A stretch of 64,000 nucleotides of DNA from positions 3,155 through 67,154 of the forward strand of contig JAKATL010000003.1 of the NCBI GenBank assembly GCA_021827985.1. Reading direction: 5' to 3'. Positions within the stretch are counted from its first letter, which is position 1. Each line of letters opens with the position of its first letter. This stretch comes from a bacterium (GTDB lineage: Bacteria > Chloroflexota > Dormibacteria > Aeolococcales > Bog-877). The notes below the pieces were generated by a model, which had not been told where the DNA came from, did not search any database, and saw nothing but the letters and a program-made list of their open reading frames with translations. Of this stretch, positions 49,284 through 59,335 are shown piece by piece. The position numbers and the translations under genes were made by a program.

Positions 49284-49323
49284 CTGAACAGAGTCGTTCA
49301 ACCGAGTCAGTAGTACCTAGACC

Positions 49324-50538
49324 GTGATCCTGTTGAGGCGCCGGACCGGGGGAGCCGCCCCCGGCCCGGCGGCGGCCCCACGCGAGCGCGACACCCCCAT
49401 CGGCGAGGCCGTGGCGCAGGCGCTTACGGCGGTGTTTGGCAGCGTCCCCGCCGCGCTCCTGGTCTTCATCCTGGTCATCATGGTGGTGACCGCGGTGCCG
49501 GCCATCCTCTTCAGTGGGACCGGCTTTTTTGGCACCTACTTCAGCCCCGGCAACTACTACCTGGCACCGACCGTTCACCACGGCATCGCCGGCCCCCATG
49601 GGGCAGTCTTTGGCTTTCTCCCAGAGATGCTCGGCACCCTGGTCACCTCGGCGCTCGCTCTCGCTCTGGCGGTGCCGATCGCGGTGGGGGGGGTGCTGAT
49701 GCTCACCGAGTGGGTGCCCAGGTGGGCCCAGGGTGGCGTCGGCCTCCTCCTTGAGCTGCTCGCCGGTGTGCCCAGCGTGGTCTTCGGACTCTGGGGAGTG
49801 CTCACCTTCGGGCCCTTTATGCTGAGCACCGTTTCCCCGGCCCTCACCGGCATCATCGGCGGATTCCCCTGGCTGTTCCCGTGGTTCCCGCAGGGGATGG
49901 CCTGGGCCCTGCTGGGGGCGGCGATCGCCGCCTTCATCATCGTCCAAGCCTTGGTGCAGGGCCGGCGCCGGCGGCAGTTGCGACGGCTGTCCCTCTTTTT
50001 TCTGTTCGTCTCTCTGTGGGGGGCGGTGGCCCCCTGGTTCACCGGCGAGGTCAACACCGCGGGCGGCGTCCTCACCGCGTCGCTGGTCCTTGCTCTGATG
50101 GTCGTGCCCATCATCGCCGCCACCACCCGGGAGCTGGTGCGCCACGTCCCGGTGCTCGCCAAGGAGGGTTCGCTCGCCCTGGGCATGACCAAGCACGAGA
50201 CCGCCAGGGTCGTGACCCTCCCCTACATCTCGACCGGCGTACTGGCCACCGCGCTCCTTGGTTGGGGCCGGGCCATCGGCGAGACCATCGCCATGTTCTT
50301 CATCATCGGCAACATCTTCACCGGGATCCCGGTGAACATCTACCACAGCGGGGCGACTCTCTCCTCGCTCATCGCGGGCACCCTCGACGGCGTCCTGCAG
50401 GCCAAGGTGGATGTCAGCGCCCTGTTCGCCGGGGGCCTGTTCCTGCTGATCATCAGCCTGCTCAGCAACTTCGGCGGCCGCCTGATCATCCGCCGCGTGG
50501 CCGGCGACCAGGCTCTCCCGGTGGGCCGCGGTGTCTAG
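49324..50538 (+). CDS. pstC: Phosphate ABC transporter permease PstC
   Basis: Polytopic membrane protein with the permease EAA-like region (GMTKHETARVVTLPYISTG) and the GETIAMFFIIGN motif. Confidence 0.85.
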   Translation: MILLRRRTGGAAPGPAAAPRERDTPIGEAVAQALTAVFGSVPAALLVFILVIMVVTAVPAILFSGTGFFGTYFSPGNYYLAPTVHHGIAGPHGAVFGFLPEMLGTLVTSALALALAVPIAVGGVLMLTEWVPRWAQGGVGLLLELLAGVPSVVFGLWGVLTFGPFMLSTVSPALTGIIGGFPWLFPWFPQGMAWALLGAAIAAFIIVQALVQGRRRRQLRRLSLFFLFVSLWGAVAPWFTGEVNTAGGVLTASLVLALMVVPIIAATTRELVRHVPVLAKEGSLALGMTKHETARVVTLPYISTGVLATALLGWGRAIGETIAMFFIIGNIFTGIPVNIYHSGATLSSLIAGTLDGVLQAKVDVSALFAGGLFLLIISLLSNFGGRLIIRRVAGDQALPVGRGV

Positions 50539-51478
50539 CCTCAGATTCCCCGCTCCGAACAGCCGCCTGTCCCGGTTCGATGATGGGCTCGATCGCGCCC
50601 AGAGGTCGCCGCTCATCCGCCGAATGCGCAGCGCCATCTTCTGGGGCCTGTGCGGGCTGGCCCTGCTGGCCATCATCCTGCCCCTGCTGGACATGATCGG
50701 CACCCTGATCACTCAGGCGGCGCCGCTGCTGAACCTCAACCTCTTCACCCACGGCAGCGCCATCGACCCAGCCCACCTCAACGCCCCCATCGGGGTGGCG
50801 GACGGCATCCTCGGCTCGCTCCTTCTCGGTCTCGGTGTGCTTATCGTCGCCGGGATCATCGGGGTGCTGGCCGGCCTCTACATCGTGGAGTTCGCCCCGC
50901 CTCGCCCTCGGGCGGTGATGCGCTTCTTCTCCGAGGTCCTGTCTGGAGTCCCCTCAATCGTCATCGGTTTGGTCGGCTACACGGTGCTGGTGAATGGGCC
51001 TCTCCAGTGGCATTACTCGCTGGTCGCAGCTGTCATCTCCCTCTCGGTGATAACCATTCCCTACATCATTAAGAACACCGAGGTGGCATTCGACCAGGCC
51101 CCGCGCAGCCTGCGCGAGGGGGCGGCAGCGCTAGGGCTCACCCGCTTCACCACCATCCGCAAAATCCTCCTACCCACCGCGCTCCCCGGGATCGTGGGAG
51201 GCCTCATCCTGGCTCAGGCCATTGCCATGGGCGAGACTGCGCCGCTGCTCTTCACGGCCAACTGGACGGACGCCAACCCGGTTCTCAAGCTGACCAACAA
51301 CCCGGAGCCGTACCTCACCGGGGTCACCTACAACACCCTGATCCTCCCCTACGCCCAGGCCCACGAGCTGGCCGCCGCCGCCGCCCTGGTCACGGTGGGG
51401 ATCATCCTGCTGCTCCTCCTCCTGGGCCGAGCGGCCACGGCTCGCTCGAAGAGGATGACTGAGCGCATGGACCTGTAG
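50531..51478 (+). CDS. pstA: Phosphate ABC transporter permease PstA
   Basis: PstA-type permease (REGAAALGLTRFTTIRKILLP EAA loop); overlaps pstC by 8 nt. Confidence 0.85.
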   Translation: MSSLRFPAPNSRLSRFDDGLDRAQRSPLIRRMRSAIFWGLCGLALLAIILPLLDMIGTLITQAAPLLNLNLFTHGSAIDPAHLNAPIGVADGILGSLLLGLGVLIVAGIIGVLAGLYIVEFAPPRPRAVMRFFSEVLSGVPSIVIGLVGYTVLVNGPLQWHYSLVAAVISLSVITIPYIIKNTEVAFDQAPRSLREGAAALGLTRFTTIRKILLPTALPGIVGGLILAQAIAMGETAPLLFTANWTDANPVLKLTNNPEPYLTGVTYNTLILPYAQAHELAAAAALVTVGIILLLLLLGRAATARSKRMTERMDL

Positions 51479-51704
51479 CCGGCCCAGGTTGCGCCGCGCC
51501 GGGGCAGATGCTGCGCCCCGTCGGTCTCCTGCCACCGGAACACCAAGTCGCGGGGGACCCCGCGCCATCGGCGTGCGTCCCTCCGACTGAGGCGAGCCCG
51601 CGCCTGGTCCCCGAGGGCGGCCACCCCGCTACGGCGCTCTCTAGTCCAGCTGCCCACCCGAAGCTCGCCTCCAGGAACCGCTCCCCACCGCCCGCGCCTG
51701 GGGC

Positions 51705-52118
51705 TACCATTGAGCCGGGTGGCGGGCAGGTGGCCGCGGCCGGAGCGTCCGGTCGAGGAAAGTCCGAGCTCCTAAGAGCAGGGCGCCGGGTAACACCCGG
51801 CGAGGGAAACCTCAGGGAGAGTGCCACAGAAAGACACGGCCGGCGGAGTTCCCGCCGGCAAAGGTGAAATGGTGGGGTAAGAGCCCACCGGCGGCCGGGT
51901 GACCGGCCGGCCAGGTAAACCCCGCCCGGAGCAAGACCCAGCAGAGCCTCGGTGCCGGCACCGCCGGGCTGCTCGTCCGGACCGGCTCGGGTGGGTCGCT
52001 GGAGGCGGCGGGAGACCGCCGTCCTAGATGGATGGCCATCGCCCCTCGGGGGGAGCCCCGCCGCGCGGGAGGCCCGAGGGGGCACAGAACTCGGCTTATC
52101 GCCCGCCCAACCCGCTCC
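51705..52118 (+). ncRNA. rnpB: RNase P RNA, bacterial type A
   Basis: Universally conserved blocks seen directly: GAGGAAAGTCCGAGCTCC (P4 5' strand), AGGGCGCCGGGTAACACCCGGCGAGGGAAACC, AGTGCCACAGAAA, GGTAAGAGCCCACC, GGTAAACCCCGCCCGGAGCAAGA, and 3' ACAGAACTCGGCTTATCG (P4 3' strand). Ends approximate. Confidence 0.8.
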
Positions 52119-52238
52119 CCGCAGGGGGGCCCGGCCCCCCTGCGCCACCCGTCGCTACCAATGTCAGGGTGGGTGTGGGCATGAATCACCACCGCTTTCG
52201 AGCTCGGATGGCGACTTCCGGACCGTACTAAAGTTCGC

Positions 52239-52311
52239 TTGACCGGCACAGGTCGAACTGATACAGTTCCGACCAACCGGAAGTTGGTGGGGAGAAGTGG
52301 TGAATCGTGCT
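52239..52311 (+). promoter_or_regulatory. dcw-cluster promoter (-35 TTGACC 52239-52244, 17-bp spacer, -10 TACAGT 52262-52267) followed by an MraZ-box-like triplet of GTGGN repeats at about 10-bp spacing
   Basis: Repeats at 52288 (GTGGG), 52297 (GTGGT) and 52307 (GTGCT); MraZ is known to bind GTGGG direct repeats in its own promoter. Confidence 0.4.
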
Positions 52312-52347
52312 CATGGGCAGTCCGACCAGCGGAACCCCCGCTGAGGT

Positions 52348-52827
52348 GTGGGGATGCCCTTCTATGGCTCCTACCAGCACTCGCTGGACGAGAAGGGAAG
52401 GGTGGCGGTCCCGGCACGCTTCCGGGACAACCTCCTGGGCGGGGTCGTCACCCGCGGTCCGGACTTCGCCCTGGTGATGTACCCGCCGACCTACTGGCAG
52501 CGCCTCACCGAGCAGCGCAGCTACAGTGACCTCGCCGACCCCGACTACCGGCAGTACCTCTTCCACCTCTTCGGCCAGAGCCAGCAGATCAACTGGGACG
52601 CTCAGGGGCGGATCCTGCTCAGCCCCCAGCTGCGAGAGCACGCCGAGCTGCGCCGGGATGTGGTGTTCGTGGGCATGAACGAGGTGGTCGAGGTGTTCAG
52701 CCAAGAGCACTTCGACCAGCGTGCCCAGCGGCTCGACCCGGCGGTCTGGGAGCGGGTGCGGGCCCGGGCGGCCGAGGTTGTCGGGGCGGCGGCGGTGAGC
52801 TCCCTCGGATCGGAGCCATCCGCATGA
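52348..52827 (+). CDS. mraZ: Transcriptional regulator MraZ
   Basis: MGMPFYGSYQHSLDEKGRVAVPARFR, the duplicated MraZ DxxxR motif protein. Confidence 0.9.
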   Translation: MGMPFYGSYQHSLDEKGRVAVPARFRDNLLGGVVTRGPDFALVMYPPTYWQRLTEQRSYSDLADPDYRQYLFHLFGQSQQINWDAQGRILLSPQLREHAELRRDVVFVGMNEVVEVFSQEHFDQRAQRLDPAVWERVRARAAEVVGAAAVSSLGSEPSA

Positions 52828-53843
52828 GCGTCATGCTGGCAACGATGACCACCAGGCGCCGCATCGCTCCTGCCCGGGTGCGGGTGACTCCTGCCGCCGC
52901 CGGCCACCTGCCGGTGATGGTTCCCGAGCTCCTGGCGGTCCTCGACCCACGACCCGGCGAGGTGGTGCTGGACGCCACCCTAGGTGCCGGCGGCACCGCC
53001 GAGGCCTTTCTCCAACGCGTCCTCCCAGGCGGCCGGGTCCTGGCTTTTGATCGGGATCCGGCCGCTGTAGGGCGGGCCCGGGAGCGGCTCGCCTCTCACC
53101 AGGGGGCCTTCGAGGCCATCGTGGGCCCCTTCTCCGAGGCCGCCGGGGTGCTGGAGGGGAGGGGGCTGCGCCCGGACGTGGTGGTGATGGATCTGGGGAT
53201 CTCCTCCCTGCAGCTGGACGACCCTGGTCGCGGCTTCTCCTTCCAGCAGGAGGGGCCGCTGGACATGCGTATGGACCCGTCTGCCAACGTCCCGACCGCG
53301 GCGGAGCTGCTCGCCACCATGTCCGAGACCGAGATCGCGGACGCCCTCTTCCAGCTGGCCGGCGAGGTCCACTCCCGGCGGATCGCTCGGGCCATCGTCC
53401 AGCGCCGCCAGCAGGGACGGATCACCACCACCACGGAGCTGGCGGAGATCTGCCGGGCGGCCTATCCCAGGAGGGGACGGCCGCTCCGGATCCATCCCGC
53501 GACCAAGACCTTCCTGGCCCTCAGGATCGCCGTCAACGACGAGCTGGCGGAGATCGAGAAGGGCATAAATTCCCTAGTTCAACTACTTCGGCCCGGTGGG
53601 CGTATTGGGGTCATCTCCTTCCACTCCAGTGAGGACTACCTTGCCAAGCGTTCTCTCCACGTCCTTGCTCAGAACTGTGTATGTCCTCCCCAAAGGCCCG
53701 TCTGCACCTGCGCCCACCGGGCCACCCTCTCCCTCCTCAACCGCAAGGTCATGAAGCCCTCGGCGGCCGAGGTCCTGCTCAATCCCCGGGCCCGGTCGGC
53801 CCGGTTTAGGGCGGGATTGCGCCTTCCCGATCCCAGCCCCTGA
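52824..53843 (+). CDS. rsmH: 16S rRNA (cytosine1402-N4)-methyltransferase RsmH (MraW)
   Basis: HLPVMVPELLAVL...DATLGAGGTAEAFL...SFHSSEDYLAKR; ATGA overlap with mraZ. Confidence 0.9.
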   Translation: MSVMLATMTTRRRIAPARVRVTPAAAGHLPVMVPELLAVLDPRPGEVVLDATLGAGGTAEAFLQRVLPGGRVLAFDRDPAAVGRARERLASHQGAFEAIVGPFSEAAGVLEGRGLRPDVVVMDLGISSLQLDDPGRGFSFQQEGPLDMRMDPSANVPTAAELLATMSETEIADALFQLAGEVHSRRIARAIVQRRQQGRITTTTELAEICRAAYPRRGRPLRIHPATKTFLALRIAVNDELAEIEKGINSLVQLLRPGGRIGVISFHSSEDYLAKRSLHVLAQNCVCPPQRPVCTCAHRATLSLLNRKVMKPSAAEVLLNPRARSARFRAGLRLPDPSP

Positions 53844-53906
53844 GAGCGGCCTGCGCCGCCCCCGTCCCAGCTCTCCGTCCCACTTCAAGAGGCAGTCGCA
53901 GCAGCC

Positions 53907-54311
53907 ATGACCAGTATCGCCGCCCCAGGTTTCCGCTCCCTTCCCCTGGACGAAGAGGAGGAGGCCGCCGCCCCGTCCCGTCGCAGCCGCCTCCGGGCGC
54001 GCGCCCGGACCGGGTGGGCGCTGCTGGCGGCGCTGGGCATGGTGGCGGTCTCCGCCACCGCCTACATCTCCCAGACGGCCCGGGGCACGGCCCTCACCTA
54101 CCAGGTCGCCTCCCTCCAGGCCCAGAGGGCTCAGCTGGCCAACACCAGCAGCATCCTCTCCCAGCAGATCGCGCAGCTCGAGAGCGCGGGCGCCCTCAAC
54201 CAGGCCGCCGCCCACCTCGGCTACCAGACGGCCGGCGGCTGGCAGGTGCTCACCCCCCCCAAAGGACCCGACCCTCTCCTCCCGGTGCTGCTCGCTCTGA
54301 AGGGCGCCTGA
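53907..54311 (+). CDS. ftsL: Cell division protein FtsL-like (single TM plus coiled coil)
   Basis: Position between rsmH and ftsI; TM (WALLAALGMVAVSATAYI) followed by a heptad region. Confidence 0.6.
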   Translation: MTSIAAPGFRSLPLDEEEEAAAPSRRSRLRARARTGWALLAALGMVAVSATAYISQTARGTALTYQVASLQAQRAQLANTSSILSQQIAQLESAGALNQAAAHLGYQTAGGWQVLTPPKGPDPLLPVLLALKGA

Positions 54312-54315
54312 CAAG

Positions 54316-56109
54316 GTGGCGGGCAGGACTGCCAGCCCGCGCCGGCCGGCGGCTCCGAGGCGCCGGCGTCCCGCCGACCTCGACCGTCACCAAGGAAGGA
54401 CCCCGGACCCCGGACGGCGGCTGGGCTGGCTCCTGATCATCACGGTGGTGGCGGTGATGGGGCTGGGCGGGCGGCTCATCCTGCTGCAGATAAGCCAGGG
54501 CTCCCAGCTGGCGGCCGCCGCCGTGGCCCAGCAGGTCTCCCAAGTCACGATCCCAGCGGTCCGGGGAGAGATCCTGGACGACCAGGGCCAGGTGCTGGCC
54601 GGCAACGTGGCCGTCTACGACATCTACGCCGCCCCCAACCAGATCCCGGTCGGGCAGCGCAACGCCGAGGCGGCGCGGCTGGCCGCGGTGCTCCAGCTGC
54701 CGGTCTCCCAGATCCTGACCCAGCTCAATCGCCCCCTGGACTTCGTCTACCTGGCCAAGGAGGAGCCGCTGGCAGTGGAGCAGAGGCTGCAGGCGCTGAA
54801 CCTGACCGGCGTGGGGGCGATCCAGGGGGAGCAGGCCACCTACGGACCGGGGGCCCTGCCCAACACCAGCCTGGCCGCCAACGTGGTGGGCTTCGTCAAC
54901 GCCAACGGGGTGGGGCAGTACGGGCTGGAGGGCTACTACAACTCGGTGCTGGCCGGCAAGCCGGGCTCGGAGTCCGCGGTCACCGACCTTCAGGGCAATC
55001 CCGTGGTCCTCGGCTCCAGCCCCAAGACCGCGGCCGTTCCGGGGCGCAACCTCCTGACCAGCATCGACGCCCCGATCCAGGCCGCGGTCGAGAAGGACCT
55101 GGCCGCGGAGGTCCAGAAGGTCAACGCCAGCTCCGGGACCATGATCGTGATGAACGTCCACACCGGGGGGATCGTGGCCTGGGCCGACTACCCCTCCTAC
55201 AACGCCAACACCTACGGCCAGGTGTCGGAGAAGCTCTTCAAGGACGCCGGTGTCGCCGACCTCTACGAGCCGGGGTCGGTGGGCAAGCTCATCACCTTCG
55301 CCGGGGCCCTCCAGCGCAACGCCATCACCCCCAACGAGACCTTCAACGAGACCGGCCAGGTCACCGTCCAGGGCCAGACCATCCGCGACTGGGACCTGAG
55401 GGCCCACGGGGTGATCACCATGACCTGGGTGCTGGAGGACTCGCTCAACGTGGGCGCGGTCCACATCGAGCAGATCGAGGGCTCGCAGCCGTTCTACCAG
55501 AACATGCAGGCGTTCGGGATCGGCCATCCCACCGGCATCGACCTGGCCGGCGAGTCCAACCAGCCGCTGCCCCCCTACTCCCAGACCCAGCCCCTGCAGT
55601 TCGCCACCTACAGCTTCGGCCAGGGGTACGTCACCACCCCGATCCAGATGCTGGCGGCGGTGAACACCATCGCCAACGGCGGGGTGTGGGTCCAGCCCCA
55701 CGTGGTCAGCGAGATAGTGGGGGGGAACCAGCCCCCCACGGTCATCAAGCCCAAGACCCGTCGGGTGATCAGCGCCGCCACGGCTCAGACCCTCACCCAG
55801 ATGATGGTGGGGGTGGTGGACGCCCCCGGGGCGTCCGGCTTCGAGGCCCGCATCTGGCCCGCCTGGAAGGGGCAGATCGCCGGGAAGACCGGCACCGCCT
55901 CGGTATCCGACGGCCATGGCAGCTACGGGCCCAACACCATCGACTCCTTCGTGGAGTTCTTCCCCGCCAGCAACCCTCAGTTCTCGATGATCTGCATCAT
56001 CCGCTACCCCCAGGTGCCGGCCGCCCTGCGCGAGGGCGCCTACGACGCCGCGCCCACCTCCAAGCTGATCACCGAGGCGCTCATCTCCCGCTTCCACCTC
56101 CAACCATAA
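54316..56109 (+). CDS. ftsI: Penicillin-binding protein (FtsI/PBP3-type transpeptidase)
   Basis: N-terminal TM and PBP dimerisation domain; transpeptidase region with a candidate active-site Ser in SVGKLITF (SxxK), plus SLN (SxN) and KTG (AGKTGT) motifs. Confidence 0.85.
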   Translation: MAGRTASPRRPAAPRRRRPADLDRHQGRTPDPGRRLGWLLIITVVAVMGLGGRLILLQISQGSQLAAAAVAQQVSQVTIPAVRGEILDDQGQVLAGNVAVYDIYAAPNQIPVGQRNAEAARLAAVLQLPVSQILTQLNRPLDFVYLAKEEPLAVEQRLQALNLTGVGAIQGEQATYGPGALPNTSLAANVVGFVNANGVGQYGLEGYYNSVLAGKPGSESAVTDLQGNPVVLGSSPKTAAVPGRNLLTSIDAPIQAAVEKDLAAEVQKVNASSGTMIVMNVHTGGIVAWADYPSYNANTYGQVSEKLFKDAGVADLYEPGSVGKLITFAGALQRNAITPNETFNETGQVTVQGQTIRDWDLRAHGVITMTWVLEDSLNVGAVHIEQIEGSQPFYQNMQAFGIGHPTGIDLAGESNQPLPPYSQTQPLQFATYSFGQGYVTTPIQMLAAVNTIANGGVWVQPHVVSEIVGGNQPPTVIKPKTRRVISAATAQTLTQMMVGVVDAPGASGFEARIWPAWKGQIAGKTGTASVSDGHGSYGPNTIDSFVEFFPASNPQFSMICIIRYPQVPAALREGAYDAAPTSKLITEALISRFHLQP

Positions 56110-56110
56110 G

Positions 56111-57079
56111 ATGGCCAGGGTGACACAGCTGGCGGCGGCGGGCGCCCTGGTGGGGGGACTGGTGCTCTACCCACCCGCGATCGTCGGTCTGAGGCGCCTT
56201 GGGGTCCTCCAGCGCGAACGCCAGGACGGCCCCTCCTCCCACCTGCGCAAGGCCGGCACTCCCACCGCGGGCGGCGTGGTCTTCTGCACCGTGCTGGTCG
56301 TGGCCTGGCTCCTCGGGCTGCGCGGTGCGGCCGGGGGGGTGGTGGTTGGCGCCGGGGCGCTGGGCATGGCCGTGGGGCTCTTCGACGACCTCACCAAGGT
56401 GCGCACCGGCGAGGGCGTGCGGGTGGTGCCCAAGTTCCTCCTGCTCGCCATCTGCGCGGCGGTCCTGGGGGCCGGGCTGGCGCTGACCGGAGCCCAGTCT
56501 CAGCTGATTCCGGTGGCGGGCTGGCGCGATCTGGGTCTTTTCGGCATCGCCCTGGCCGCCCTGGCGGTACTGGCCACCTCCAATGCCGTCAACCTGACCG
56601 ACGGGGTGGATGGACTGGCCGCCGGGAGCGCGGTGCCCGGTTTCCTCGCCCTCGGGCTGGCCGCCCAGCTCCAGGGGAGGTCGGAGCTGGCGGGAACCTG
56701 CTGGTCGGTGGCCGCGGTGCTGCTGGCCTTTCTGGTGTTCAACCGGCCGCGGGCCAAGGTCTTCATGGGCGACGCCGGCTCACTCGCGCTGGGCCTGATG
56801 CTGGCGGTGGCCGCGGCCGAGGTGGGGCTGCTGATCCTCCTGCCCTTGCTCGCGGCCGTGTTCCTGGTCGAGACCGGCTCGGTGATCCTGCAGGTTGGCT
56901 ATTTCCGGCTGACCGGGGGCCGCCGCCTATTTCGGATGAGCCCTCTGCACCACCACCTGGAGATGGGCGGCCTGGGGGAGTGGGCCGTCGACCTCCGCCT
57001 CTGGGCGGCCTCCTGGGTGGCCGGGGCTCTGGCCCTCCTCTGGGCCCTCGCCACCGGGCTGGGGGGGCGTCCGGGATGA
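56111..57079 (+). CDS. mraY: Phospho-N-acetylmuramoyl-pentapeptide transferase
   Basis: PSSHLRKAGTPTAGG, NAVNLTDGVDGLAAG, the MraY DD/DxxD motifs; 10 TM segments. Confidence 0.9.
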   Translation: MARVTQLAAAGALVGGLVLYPPAIVGLRRLGVLQRERQDGPSSHLRKAGTPTAGGVVFCTVLVVAWLLGLRGAAGGVVVGAGALGMAVGLFDDLTKVRTGEGVRVVPKFLLLAICAAVLGAGLALTGAQSQLIPVAGWRDLGLFGIALAALAVLATSNAVNLTDGVDGLAAGSAVPGFLALGLAAQLQGRSELAGTCWSVAAVLLAFLVFNRPRAKVFMGDAGSLALGLMLAVAAAEVGLLILLPLLAAVFLVETGSVILQVGYFRLTGGRRLFRMSPLHHHLEMGGLGEWAVDLRLWAASWVAGALALLWALATGLGGRPG

Positions 57080-58335
57080 GCGCCAGGGTCGAGCGTTGGA
57101 TCCCTGTCGCCCACGCCCGCGCGGCCGGCCGGAGACGCGGGTGGCTGGGCCGGATGCCCAATCTGGACCTCGGCCTCACGCTGGTGACCGCGGCGCTCTG
57201 CGCTCTCGGTCTGATCATGGTCTTCGTCGCCAGCGCCCCCTCGGCGTACGCGGATTACGGCAACCCGGCCTTCTTCTTTGAGCGTCAGGCCCTCTGGCTG
57301 GCACTCGGAGCGGGCGGGCTGGTCTTCTGCTACAAGCTGGACTACCACGAGTGGCGCCGGCTGGCGCCCTACCTCACGGCCCTGTCGATGCTGCTCCTGG
57401 TGGCGGTCCTGGTCCCCCACATTGGGAAGGAGGTCCAAGGCGCCAGGCGCTGGATCGGCGCTGGGCCGATCCAGATCCAGCCCAGCGTGATCGCCCAGTT
57501 CATGGTGCTGGTGAGTGGGGCGGTCTGGTTGGACCGCCGCCGCCGCCAGATCGGAAGCCTGAGCCAGGGCATCCGGCCCTACGCCCTCCAGGTGGGGGCG
57601 GTCGGGGCCCTCATCATCCTGGAGAAGGACCTGGGCTCAACCCTGGTCGTGGGTGTCCTCGCCCTTGGCCTTCTGGTCCTGGCCGGGGCCCGGCTCCGCC
57701 ACCTGCTGGCGGCCGGTGTCGCCGGACTTGGGCTGGGGGGGCTGCTTATCCTCGCCGAACCGTACCGGGTGGCCCGGCTCCTCGCCTACCTGCATCCCTT
57801 CGCCCACCCCGAAAGCTCCGGCTACCAGGCGGTCCAGGCCCTCTACGCGCTGGGTGCGGGAGGGGTCTTCGGAACCGGCTTCTCCAGTCCGGTGCCACCG
57901 GCCCAGTGGCTACCCGAATCCCAGAACGACTTCATCTTCGCGGTCATCGGTCAGGATCTGGGGCTGATCGGGACTCTGCTGGTCCTGCTCCTCTTCGGGC
58001 TGTTCTGCTGGAGAGGGCTGAAGATCGCCCGGAGTGCCCCCGACCGCCTGGGGATGCTGCTGGCCGGCGGGGTGACCATCTGGATCGTGGGGCAGGCGCT
58101 GATCAACATCGGTGGGGTGACCGACACGATCCCCTCGACCGGGGTCCCCCTCACCTTCATAAGCTACGGCGGGTCGTCGCTGGCGCTCTCGCTGGCGGCC
58201 ACCGGGATACTGCTGAACATATCGGCACGGCGCCGCCGAGCGGGGGAGGCCAATGCGCGTTCTGATCACCGGCGGCGGGACCGGTGGCCACTGCACTCCG
58301 GCGATGGCGGTGGCCGAGGCGCTACGGTCGATTGA
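57077..58335 (+). CDS. ftsW: SEDS-family peptidoglycan glycosyltransferase FtsW
   Basis: Polytopic; the SEDS conserved C-terminal region (PSTGVPLTFISYGGSSL); ATG 57077. The 3' end overlaps murG by about 80 nt. Confidence 0.85.
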
Positions 58336-59335
58336 CCCCACACTGGAGCTCCGCTACGTGGGCCGCACCGGCGGCCCCGAGTCGGTCCTGGTCCCCCGGG
58401 CCGGGCTGGAGTTCCGGGGACTGTCGCTGGGGAGCATGGGCTCCTCACCCCTCACCGCCACCCCCCGCCTGCTGACCCGCCTGCCGCTGGCCTACCGGCA
58501 GGCCGGGCGTGAGGTTGTCAGCTTCCGCCCGCAGGTGGTGCTGGGGACCGGGGGCTACGTGTGTGTCCCGGTGGTGCTGGCCGCTCGCCGGCACCGGCTT
58601 CCCGTCGTCCTGCTGGAGCAGAACCGGTTGCCCGGGCGGGCGATCAGCCGTCTGGCGCCCCTGGCCAGCAAGATCGCGGTGTCCTTCGCCGACACGGCGG
58701 AGCACCTGCCTCCCGGGCGGGCGGTGTTCACCGGAAACCCGGTCCGCCCAGCCTTCCAGGGACCGAGCCCGGCGCTCCCCACCCGCCCCTCGGTGCTGGT
58801 GATGGGCGGCTCACAGGGCGCCCGGCACCTGAACCAGGCCCTGGTGGCGGCCCTGCCCGACCTTCTGCGCCGGCTGCCGGAGATGGAGGTCACCCACCTG
58901 ACCGGCCAGCGGGAGGAGCTGCGGGTGGCCGCCGAGGCCCGCGCCCTGGGGCTGGACGGGAACCCGCGCTACCGGCCACTGCCGTTCTCGGACCATGTGG
59001 CAGAGTTGGCGGCCTCCTCCCGGCTGGTTGTGATGCGCGCGGGGGGGAGCTCTCTCGCGGAGATGGCCTGCGTGGGCCGCCCGCTCGTGCTAGTGCCCTA
59101 CCCCCACGCGGGCAACCACCAGCTGGCCAACGCCGAGGCCTTCGCCGAAGCGGGGGCCGCGCTGCTGCTGGAGGACTCCGAGCTGAGCCCGGAGCGGCTC
59201 TCGCAGCTGATCCTCTCGGTCCTCAACGAGGAGGGACGCGCCGAGCAGATGGCCCGGGCCAGCCTCACCCTGGCCCACCCCGGGGCCGCCCAGGAGGTGG
59301 CGAGACTCCTCCTCTCCACGGCCTCCGGCGCGTGA
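58253..59335 (+). CDS. murG: UDP-GlcNAc:lipid I GlcNAc transferase MurG
   Basis: MRVLITGGGTGGHCTPAMAVAEAL (G-loop) and C-terminal GGSQGA; canonical position after ftsW. Confidence 0.9.
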   Translation: MRVLITGGGTGGHCTPAMAVAEALRSIDPTLELRYVGRTGGPESVLVPRAGLEFRGLSLGSMGSSPLTATPRLLTRLPLAYRQAGREVVSFRPQVVLGTGGYVCVPVVLAARRHRLPVVLLEQNRLPGRAISRLAPLASKIAVSFADTAEHLPPGRAVFTGNPVRPAFQGPSPALPTRPSVLVMGGSQGARHLNQALVAALPDLLRRLPEMEVTHLTGQREELRVAAEARALGLDGNPRYRPLPFSDHVAELAASSRLVVMRAGGSSLAEMACVGRPLVLVPYPHAGNHQLANAEAFAEAGAALLLEDSELSPERLSQLILSVLNEEGRAEQMARASLTLAHPGAAQEVARLLLSTASGA

